Positions 37,501 to 54,702 of a stretch of DNA of 64,000 bases are shown here, piece after piece; the stretch's first letter is position 1, and every line of letters starts with the position of its first letter. Source of the stretch: Paramoeba atlantica (lineage: Eukaryota > Protista > Discosea); NCBI GenBank assembly GCA_977017575.1, contig CDRNVI010000196.1, positions 2,538-66,537 on the forward strand, written 5' to 3'. The notes below the pieces were generated by a model. That model was not told where the DNA came from. It saw only the letters and a program-made list of their open reading frames with translations, and ran no database searches. Both the position numbers and the translations under genes were made by a program.

Positions 37501-37926
37501 AAAAAAGATGATGGGGCAAAGCTGGGGAATCGAACCCGCGCACCTTTTTCCCTTTTCTCTGATAAAAAACAAACAGAAAAAAATGACATTCAAAGTTAAA
37601 AATCCAAAACCTGACATCCAATTTCTCTTATTCTTCCAACTTGCTCCATTTGTAGATGTGTAGAGATCCGTCAAGGCTTTTTTGATTGAAAAGTCAAAAA
37701 GAAAAAATCTCTTCCAGAGAAAAAAAAAAAAGGGAAATATAAAAGTAAAAAATTATGAAAAGAGAAAAAAAAGAAACCTGTCTTTTCATCACTAGATTGG
37801 GCAAGCACCACTGGGAAACAAAGTGAGAAAATCAAAAAAGAGAGAGAAAGAAAAAGAAAAAGAAAAAGAAAAACCAGAACCGCCCAAAAAAAGAAGAAAA
37901 AAGAGGGACCGAACGAGAGAGAACAT
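34546..37926 (-). CDS. LRR receptor-like transmembrane protein with a cytoplasmic PARP (ADP-ribosyltransferase) catalytic domain
   Basis: Signal peptide [21 protein letters not shown]; cap [18 protein letters not shown]|EPC..WHGVTC; about 6 LRRs ([12 protein letters not shown] etc.); (PT)n/(PS)n stalk; [25 protein letters not shown]; Cys cluster. PARP motifs: [61 protein letters not shown]. Confidence 0.85.
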
Positions 37927-38481
37927 CGACAAAAACAAAAAACCAATCAACAAAAAAAAAAACCAAATCAACAAAACTCCCCTTTTTGTCCCCTTTCTTT
38001 TGTTTCAAAGTTTTCTTTTTTGTTGGTTTTTTTTGAGAGGGCGTGAAAGTTTTGGGTGTATTGAACGAAACAAAAAGAAGAAAAAGAAAATGGAAAATTT
38101 TTCAATCAAAAAGAAACAAGAAAAAAACGATTTTGAGACGATTTGAGGGCAGAAAAGTTTCTTTTTTTTGTTCGGAGAATGTTCGATCCCTTTTCCCTTT
38201 ATTTTATTTTCTTTCTTTTTGATTCAAAAGTGGTTGTCCTTCTTTCATATTCTCTTTCCAAAGAGAGAGGTTCTCTTTCAAAGACCACCCTTTTTTTGGG
38301 GGGGGGATGAAGAGGTTGTGGTTCTTTTCTTCTTTTTCGAAAAATTCAAAATTCCCCTCGCTCAAAAAAAACCAAAACCACCGGGTCTCCACCTTAAAAG
38401 AAGAAGAAGAAGAAGATTCAGGAAACAAAACTCCCCAAAGAGGCGATGGTCTTCCCCAAAAAGTTTTTTCTTTTTTCGTTC

Positions 38482-41400
38482 TCAACCAAATAATCTTGCT
38501 CTTGCAACTTCAACAATTATTTTCTCTCTCAAATAAGGCATATGTTTTTGTCGAAAGGTAAAAGGAGCGTCTCGACTGCAAAAATCTGCAAACATACAAG
38601 CAAAGATGCCACAATCATATCCATTCTTAAAGGAACGAGTCAGATAAGAAAAAACTCACACAAAGAGGAAAGGAAAGAGAAAAAGGAAAGAGAAAAAGGA
38701 AAAAGAAGAAAGACCTCTTGTTTGGGGATATCTTGAGGTTGATACTCAGTCCAGCCAGTAATATCAAACACGCCTTTCTTTTTGTCTTTGTATTCTTCTT
38801 CCAAATATTTTCTCATCAACTACAAAAAAAAAAGAATCGAGAAAAAAGATTGTAAGATAAGATCGGACCAAATAAAAAACAAAAATATAATCAGATAAAA
38901 TAAGAGAAAAAATAAAAAGAGAAAAAAAAAGTAAATAATAAATAATAATAATAAAGAGATAAAAAATGATCAATAAAAATAAAACATTCTGAGAATTAAA
39001 AACAATCAGACCTGAATACATTTATAATTAGGACTTCCCATTGAATCATAATATTCAAATTTTTTATCTCGCAAATTAATGACCGCAGTACACCAATGAT
39101 TCCCCAAATGAACAGGAAAAATAACTTTGTCCATTTCAAATATATCCACATTTGCCTGTTCAAGAGATTTTGAGAAGAAAGAAAGAAAGAAAGAGAAAAG
39201 AGAAAAGAAAGAGAGAAAGAGAAAGAGAAAAGATTTATGATAAAGAAGAAAGAGAAAAGAAGAGAAAAATGACGAAATTGTAAAGAAGAGAACGACCTTT
39301 GTTGACCATCTCCGAACCCGAGCATAACCTTTCTGATACAAAGTATAAAAGAAAGAGTTATAAAAGAGACACTTTGTCGTTGAATTTGTGCTCCTCTCTT
39401 TTAGCATTGAGAGATAAAAGTTGATCACCTGAGAAAAAGATCAGAAAGAGAAGAAAAGAAAAGAGAGGGAATGAATATTCGATCGGAATAACTTTTTGAC
39501 AAAAAACGACAAAAAGAGGTGAAAAGAAAAAAAAAAAGAGCAAGAGAGAAGAAAGAGAAAGAAAGAGAAAGAAAGAGAAAGAAAGAGAAAGAAAGAGAAA
39601 GAAAGAGAATGAAAGAGAATGAAAGAGAAGAAAAGAGAAGAAAAAAAAACTGACCTCATCATTCAACCATTCATAACCAGAAAGACGTTGAACATCCGAA
39701 ACTGTCAATTCAATATCCCCATGATTTGAGACAATTTCATGTTCTGCTCTTCTAAGAGTCCGTTGAACAAGATTTTGTTCTTCATCTATTATTATTATTT
39801 GAGTGAGAAGGGAAAGAGAGAGAGAGAGAGAGGAAAGAGAGAAATGAGATGTTAGAGGAGGAACAAAAAAAAGAAAAGAGACAAAAAAAAGGAAACCACT
39901 GAGAATGGGAAATTGCGGTCCAAAAAGGCCAGCGAGAGCTCTTCTCTTCTTCTCTTCTGCTTCTCTCTTTTTTCTTTCTTCTTCCACCTGGGGAGGGATC
40001 AAAGTTAGTTCTTCATTTTTCCTCTTCTTATTTTCTCTCTCTTTTTCTCTCTCTTTTTCTCTTTTGAACAAAAAAAAAAGTTACGATTAATCTTCGAGCA
40101 AGATTTCTCTCCAGAGCTCTTTTCTCGGACTGTAAAAAGAAAAATAAGAAAATGAGAAAAGAGACAGAGAAAGAGAAAAAAATAAGGAGGGGAAGAAACA
40201 AAGAAAAGAGAAGAAAAGAGAAAAATTAAAAAAATTTTAAAAAAAACCTCTTTCGAGATCTCCTTGACAGTCTTCATAGCACTTAATTCTCTCTTCATTC
40301 TCTCGAGTTCTTCTCTTCTCTCATCTCTTTTCCTTTGAAGAGGAGTAAAAGTTCTCTCAAAAGCACCAATTTTCTCTTCCCTGGAAAAACAAAGAAATAG
40401 TTAAAATCACAAAGAGAAAAGCGCAAAAGAAAAGAGAGAGAGAAAAAGGAAAAAAGAAAAGAAGAGAGAGTGTGAACCAATCTTCTAGGACAACAGGACG
40501 ACGATATTCTTCTTCTTCAAAGAGAAGAGGGGCCAATGGAACACGAGAGGTAGAAGAAGAAGAATTTGTCTCTTTTCGTTGTTGTGGTCTTGTTGAAGAA
40601 GAGAAATTTGCCTCTTTTCGTTGTTGTGGTCTTGTTGAAGAAGAGGTAGAAGAGAGAGAAGAAGAGGAGGAGGAAACAGAAGATTGAGAGGAAAGAAGAG
40701 TGGAAAAAGGAGAAGCTTTTCTCTTTCTTTTCTGAATTGAGAGAGGATCAGGAAGAGAGAGTGGAGATCGTTGATAAGAGAGAGAAGAAGAGAGAGAAGA
40801 AGAATGAAGATAAGTTTGTTGAGGAGAAGAGGAGGAGGAGGGAGGCTGAGAAGGTGGGGAGAGAAAAGGAGATGGAGAAGAAGAAGAAGGAGATTGCGAA
40901 GATGGAGAGAGAAAAGGGAGACCGTTTTGTGTGGGAGGAGAAGAGGGAGGAGAAAAAGGAGAAGAGATAGAAGAAGAAGAAGGAGAGAGAGAGGGAGAGG
41001 AAGAAGGAGAGGGAGAAGGAGAGCGAGGGGGAGAGAAACAAAGCAAACGACTTGGATCAACTAAGGAGAAAGTAGAAGAAGGAGCTTTTCTTCGAGAAGA
41101 GAGAGAAGAGACAGAAGAGACAGGAATAGAAGGGATTGTTGAAGAAGGAGAAGAATGATGATAGGAAAGAGAGAGAGGAGAAGGAGAGGAAATTAGAGGA
41201 GAAGCAAGAGGAGAGAATAGTTTTTGTTGAGAGGCAGAGAGATTATAAAGAGAAGACGTTCTATGAGAAGAAGAAAAGGGAGAGGGAGAGAAGGAAGGAG
41301 AAGGAGAGAAAGAAGAAGGAGGAAGAAGAGAAGAAGAAGAAGAAGAGAGAGGATGACGACGAGAAGGAAGATGAGAAGAAGAAGAAGAAGAAGAAGAAGG

Positions 41401-42214
41401 AATATCAAAATTCATCGGACAATTAAATTCTCTTTCCATTTTTTGATCAAATGCGATTTTTCCTTTTTGTTGAACAATAGTTTGCAATAATCGCGATTGT
41501 CCTCTCTCTCTTCTTTCTTCTCCTCCTCTCTTTCCAAGATGATTACTCTCTGGTGTTGTCATAATTCTTTTTCCCTTGTCTTCTTGTCTTCTCTCTCTTC
41601 TTTTCATCTCCATTCTTCTCTTCTTTTTCCCTGTGTTTGTTTCTTCTCGTTTCCTTCCAATACTAAACACACGAATTTCTTTCTCATTTTTCTTATGTTT
41701 TTCTTGTTGTTGTTGTTGTTGTTGTTGTTGTTCACTTTGATCTTCGTCTTCTTCAAGTAGAACAGGGGTTGAAGCACGTTCTGAGATAAAAAAAAAAGAA
41801 ATTTAATCATTTTTTTTCGAAGGGAAGAAAAAGAGAGAAGAATCCAAAAATTTGTTTTGGTGTGTAAAAATTTCTTCTCTTCTCAGAACAAAAACAAAAA
41901 CAAAAACGCAAACCAAAAGAGCTCTTTGGAGAATCAACAGCACCTCTCTTCCTCTTTCTCTTTGAACGCCGCCATCCCAGATCTTCCTCTCTTTCATCAT
42001 CTCCACTTTCATCTTCTTTTCTACTCTCTTCCTCTTCTTCTTCTCCTCTTTTCCACAAAGAACTCACAAATTTGACAGGAGTCAAAACAAGACTTGATAA
42101 CCATCCTCCCTCCTCTTTCTTTCCTTCTTCTGAAAGACCATTCCCTTCTTCTACACGACCATTCCCTTCTGAAAGACGGATCCGCTTGAATGGGGGTGTT
42201 GCAAGGACCTCCAT
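38482..42214 (-). CDS. Ulp1/SENP-family SUMO protease with a long Ser/Pro-rich N-terminus
   Basis: WLNDEV|INFY, YARVRRWS, IFPVHLGNHW, EYYDSM, NGYDCGIFACMFA. The His-Asp-Cys triad is present. Confidence 0.9.
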
Positions 42215-42531
42215 TTTCGAGAGAAAGAGATGACTTTCTTATTTTTTTTTTCTCTTTCTCTCTCTTCTCTCCCCGTCTTTCCTCGCAGATCGTCTCTCTC
42301 TCACTTTTGTTTCCGTTTTTTTCCAATCTTTCCGAAAAAGAAAAAAGAAAAAAACGAAAAATTCAAAAACTCGAAGAAAAAAGGGGTTGATTTTATCTTT
42401 TTCATTGACAGAAAGAATCACTTTCTCCAAAAATCAAAAAGGACACAATACTTTCGGAGAGGAAGGGAACAAAACGTGTTTTTTCTTTGTCTTCCTTTCC
42501 TTCGGAGAACTTACTATTTGAGAACTCACTC

Positions 42532-43025
42532 ATGGCTGACAATTTTGAAAAAGGTTTTCCCTCTCTTTGTTTCAATTTTCTCGCTGTTTTTCTTTTGTTT
42601 TCCAAAATCCTCTTGATCACTCTTCGTTTCTCACGTTTTTCTTTTTTCATCAACAGCTGTTTACTTCGTTCGCAACAGCGCAGGAAATCCTTCTGCCTCC
42701 AATGAAGACAAGTTGAAAGTCTATGCTCTCTACAAACAGGTTCCCCGCCACCTTTTTATCTTCCTCTCTTTTGAGAGAGAGTTTTCCTTTTGTTTTTGCG
42801 TGGAGTTATTTAAACACAAAATGTAAAAATTAATAGGCTACCACTGGAGATGTTGAGGGTTCTCAACCTTGGGCTGTTCAATTGGAAGCTCGTGCCAAGT
42901 GGGATGCATGGGATGCATTGAAGGGAAAGAGCAAGGAAGATGCCAAGAAGGACTACATTGCTGAAGTCGCTCGTCAAACTCCAAACTGGGAAAGTGATGC
43001 TATTCTCGAGAACTATGGCAAATAA
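42532..43025 (+). CDS. ACBP: Acyl-CoA-binding protein (3 exons)
   Basis: KLKVYALYKQ|ATTGDVEGSQPWAVQLEARAKWDAWDALKGKSKEDAKKDYI. Confidence 0.95.
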
Positions 43026-43250
43026 ATAATCAATTTTTTTGTTGAATTTTCTTGTTCAAATTTTTTTTGGACTCAAAAAAAACGAAGTAAAACATAAAAA
43101 ACGAGAGAAAAAAAGAAAAGGGAAGAAAAAAAAAGAGAAAAAATCAGTTTTTGAAACAAAGTCTTTTTTGAAAGAACTTTTATTTTATCATAATTTAACA
43201 AAAAATATTATTTTTCGAATATTTCGAAAAAAAACACACTCAAAATTCTA

Positions 43251-45968
<2,718 letters not shown>

Positions 45969-46430
45969 AAAAAAAACATAGATATCATTTTTTAAAAGAG
46001 ACGAGGGAGAGAGAGAGAAGAAATCAGAAAGTCTGATTTGAATTATCTTCTTTAGAGTAAAACATTAATTCCAAAAACAAAAAAATTGACAAAAACCCAA
46101 ACATTTCAACAAATTTTTTCGACTTTTTTTTTTTTTTTTCTTTTTCCTTTTTTTTTCGCGACTCGCGAAAAGCCCTCCTCCTTTTTGTCCAATTTTTTCC
46201 ACCGATTTTGGACGCCGAAAATAACTTTTTTCACCTTTTTTTTTGAAGCGTTGATTTCCCTCATCTTTTCTTATTTCACCAATAATTAAATTCGGTCCTT
46301 TTCATTGCCACGTGTGAAGGAGCAAAGGCTTTTCTCGCTTTTTTTTCTTTTTCTTTTTTTCATTCACGGGTTTCGGTGAACCAACCCCAAAACGACAAAG
46401 AAGAAGGAAGAAAGTAAGGGACAGGAACAA

Positions 46431-50655
<4,225 letters not shown>

Positions 50656-50929
50656 AAATGTTTTGAATGGCTGCTGAGTTTTGAGATTATCAACAATAAT
50701 TATTGTTGTGGTTTTGGGACAATTTTCCTGTTGTGAATTATTCACACTCTGGAAAATCGTGATTATTCACCATCTTTCTTTTTATTTGAAAACATCAATA
50801 AATAGAAAAAGAGTTTTTTGTTAACCAAAAAAAAAAAAAAATCTGATCTCGATGTTTGCTTTTAATCCAAATCTCTCTCTCTCTCCCCAATTTGTTTTTA
50901 CAGATTTTTTTATTATTCCAAAAAATTAT

Positions 50930-51709
50930 TTATTTCTTGGAGATCTCACAAAAGACACTCGAATCATCCACTGTTAAAGTCTTGACATCAATTCCCTCAA
51001 TCCCCTGACAAAGAGAGAGAAACTGATCAGGACCAACAGTTGTCGCAGTAAATCCATCTTTACAAACAATGAGACCATTTTTTGTCTTTTCTTTATCGAT
51101 TTCTCCCAAGAGGCCAGCGGAAGATTGGGCGTAAAACCATTCAAGTCTTGCATCCCAAATCTTTTCAGAATAAGAAGAAAAGAGAGCAATTCCTCCTCTT
51201 TTTGAAGAGAGGACGCGGAGGGATTCTTTTATGAGTGATTTTTGATCTATGTGAAAGGCAGAGATCCCGTTTTGAATACAAACAACGATATCGAATGTTT
51301 CATCTTCAAAAGAGAGATGGAGAGCGTTCATTTCTTGGTATTCAATATTGGAGGGGAAATCTTTCTCTTTTTGTTGGATTTCTTTTGCCAATGCGATGTT
51401 GTAGGGAGAGATATCAATTCCAACGACAAAACTTGATTCTCGTGCGATTGGTGGAACTTCTCGGCCATACCCACAACCCAGCACAAGGACTCGAGGACCC
51501 TCATCATCATCACCATCTTTCTTTCCTTTCTCTTTCTTTCCTTTCTCTTTCTCTTTTTCTCTCCACCTTTTGGCAATACTGACAACATGTTGAATCTCTT
51601 CATCAAGAAATTGTTGTATTCTTGGGTTTGCAACAGCATAGCATTGTTGCAATCGATCAGCAGAAAGTTTTTTCGTATAGTACTCTTCTTCTTTCTGAAC
51701 GTTGCTCAT
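50930..51709 (-). CDS. Intronless class I SAM-dependent methyltransferase (UbiE/Methyltransf_11-like)
   Basis: Motif I VLVLGCGYGR, VVGIDIS, and post-II MNALHLSFEDETFDIVVCIQNG in a single open frame. Confidence 0.85.
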   Translation of the reverse strand: MSNVQKEEEYYTKKLSADRLQQCYAVANPRIQQFLDEEIQHVVSIAKRWREKEKEKGKKEKGKKDGDDDEGPRVLVLGCGYGREVPPIARESSFVVGIDISPYNIALAKEIQQKEKDFPSNIEYQEMNALHLSFEDETFDIVVCIQNGISAFHIDQKSLIKESLRVLSSKRGGIALFSSYSEKIWDARLEWFYAQSSAGLLGEIDKEKTKNGLIVCKDGFTATTVGPDQFLSLCQGIEGIDVKTLTVDDSSVFCEISKK

Positions 51710-51930
51710 CAAACCAAGAATTCTTCTCAAGAGAGAGGAGTGTTGAACATGAACAACTCAACAAATTGGTTAAAAGCAAACAAATAAATTATTTCTAAAA
51801 AAGGAGAAAGAAAGTTTTTCAAAAATCGGCGAAGCCAAAAAACACGCCTTTTCTTTTTTTCAGTTTTGTGTTTTGTGTTTCAGTTCTCTTTTCTTTGTTT
51901 TTCCTTGTTCTTTGTTGGTTGATGGGACAT

Positions 51931-54345
51931 ATGGAGAGAAAGAGCATTTCTCTTTTTATTCTCTTTTGTTGTTTCTTTTCTTTTCTCCTTGCTGGTCTGG
52001 AGGAGGTGGAGAGATGTGAGGAAGGTTGGGTGGGAGTTGATTGTAGTCTCTATGCTCCGCTCGCAGAGCCAGACAATATCTACACCGGATCGTTGTCGAG
52101 AAACCGATGGAGGTACTTTAACATCAAGATCTTAGGTTTCTTTCTTTCTTTTCTTTTCTTTCTTTCTTCTTTGATTCTTTTTCTCTCTGATTTTCTTTCA
52201 TTCTTTTTCAGAGCCTTCTGTGAAAGTCGTTGTGACTTTAACTCAAGGAGAATCTTGTGATGGATTAGACTTGTATGTGAGAGAATTGACACTTCCAACA
52301 TTTGGTGGGTTTATCAGTCGAAATCTTTCGGATTTCACTGAAAAATCCTTAGAATTTGAAGCTCCTGGTTTGCTCTTTTCTCACTTCTTGTCTTTTTTCG
52401 AGATGTGTGAGTGTGGAGATTTTGCTTTCTGACCACAAATTTCAAGAGGGGTTTTATTACTTTGGTATTTTTGGGTTCCGAGACTGCGGTGAGTTTACCC
52501 TCAGTTACACTGTATTATCAGCATGCGATTGTGCAACCCCTCAGAGTGGTGAATGTCTTGCGGGATCAAATAAATGTACTTGCGCTGCGGGCTATGTAGG
52601 TCCTAAGTGTTCTCTTGAATATACACCTTCTCCTTCTGGTCAACAAAACGCTCGAAGTAACTTTGAAGGGTGGTCTTACTATGCAATTGAAGTCGATGAA
52701 CAACCTCGCCAATTACGATTTGAGCTCCGAAAAGGAGGAGATGAAGATACCACCGATTTTCTTGATATGTATGTTGCTGCGAATCGTCCTCCTTTTATTC
52801 ATGACTATGATTATCGAACTATTGGTCGTAGTGATCAAACTTTGGAGAGAATCCTTCTTTCTCAGGTTTCTTGTTTTTATTCCTATACTATTTTCTCAAT
52901 ATTGAGCCGGACAATGAATAATTTATTTTCAAAAAAAAAAACAAGCCTGATGCAAACACGGTGTACTTTTTTGCAGTCCATGCAATTCAAATATCCACCT
53001 TCCATGTGATTGCAGAACTCTCACCTTTGGGCGATGAGTGTCTGAACCAATGCTCAAACCATGGTAAGCCCCCATTTCTCTTTTCAATTTTTTAAAACAA
53101 AGAGAACATGACAAAAGAAAAAAAAATGGATGGATAGGTCCCTGTGCTAATGGAATTTGTCGATGTAACCCTGGTTTTTCTGGGCCCTCATGTGAACATA
53201 TGGATAATGGTCTCTCTTTGGGAGATTCTCAAACTGGGTCTCTTTTATCTTTAAATGTGATTTTTAATTAATTTTTTTTTTAACTTTTAATTTGAATCAG
53301 ATATGCCGATCAGGGTGCTTGGAACTATTATTGGATTGATGTTGATACTGCAACCAATGCTGTGGTCCATATGGAACAAGTTAATTTTTGATTGGATCAG
53401 AAGAAAGAACTTTCTTGAAAGAAAGAGAAACTGATTTTTTGAAATTATTTTTCAGCCACCAGACCGGGCAGATTGTGATTTGTATCTTAAAAGGGGGGGA
53501 GTTCCCAATTTCTTCAATTATGATCTTGCTGAATTCTCTACTGAATCATATTTTCCACTTGCCATTCCAAATCCTGGTGGAATCTGGTTTTTTTTTCTTT
53601 TTCTCCACTTTCCCCTCTCTCCTTTCATCTTTTGTCTTTCCATTTTTGTTTCATTTTTTTTTTAAAAAAAATTGATTTGTGTGTTCTTTGAAAAAAGGCA
53701 TATTGGAGTTTTTGGATTCCTGGAATGTGAATATACCATGTCAGTTCACATTGAGGTGGATTGCAACTGTGCTGTCAATGGTCATGGGATGTGTCAACCT
53801 GGCCAAACTGAATGTATTTGTAGTCAAGGGTGGGGCGGTTTTGACTGCAATGTTCCTGTGGCTCCTCTTCAAATGTTTTTTTTTTTTTTTAAACAATTAT
53901 TTAACAATGTTTTTTTTTGTCAAGTTTTTCAATTTTTAATCAAATTTTTTTTTAGAAATGTTCCAATGAAAGACCAGGCAGTTTCTATCCACAGCTGGAC
54001 TTTTTACTCTTTTGAAGTTCCAGCCAAGTGCAGTGGTGTGACTGTGGCAATCCGTGAGACAAATACAGCTGGAAGTTTATGGCTCTATGTCAATGCAAAA
54101 GAAGCTCCAACTTTAATTTCTTTTGATTATACAGAACAATCAACTACATCTGCTCTCCATCAAATTGATTTTATTCCTGATTTTATTTCTGGTTTTTTTT
54201 TTTTTCCTTCTCTCTTTTTCTTAGTTTGTGAAAGCTGACCACTCTTTCTCAAGAAAATGTTCTAATCATTGGTGTGTTTGCGAATCCATATGCGTCACAA
54301 AACCTAGTAATTTTTGATCTTGTTGCTTGGCATACTCCTTTTTAA
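51931..54345 (+). CDS. Secreted protein with alternating EGF-like and PPC-like beta domains
   Basis: Signal peptide; EGF motifs CEEGWVGVDC, CTCAAGYVGPKC, CRCNPGFSGPSC, CICSQGWGGFDC; four beta modules with W-x-Y-Y/F and DLY/DMYV..P motifs; ends IIGVFANP...VAWHTPF*. Confidence 0.75.
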
Positions 54346-54702
54346 GATTCGAATAAATTCTTGGTTTGTAATTCCGATTTCAGAAAATCGAACCAAAAAC
54401 TTTTTGGAAACATTTGATTTTTAAAAAAATATCAAATAAAAGAACAAAAGAAAAGTTTCCTTCTTGCCCGTTTCTCGCTCCATCCCGAAAGTCATATTGT
54501 GCGGGGAAAAGGGATCCTTTTTTAAACTTTCAAACTGCTGACTTTAATTTTTGGTGCTGTTTTGAAATGTTCCCAATTTTTGGTTTCAACTCACCGTTTA
54601 TTTTCACTTTTCTTGGACGAAAGACCAATCTCAGAGAGACAAAGACAAAAAGACAAAAAGACAAAGACGCGGACAAAGACAAGATAAGACACACCCCAAA
54701 AC

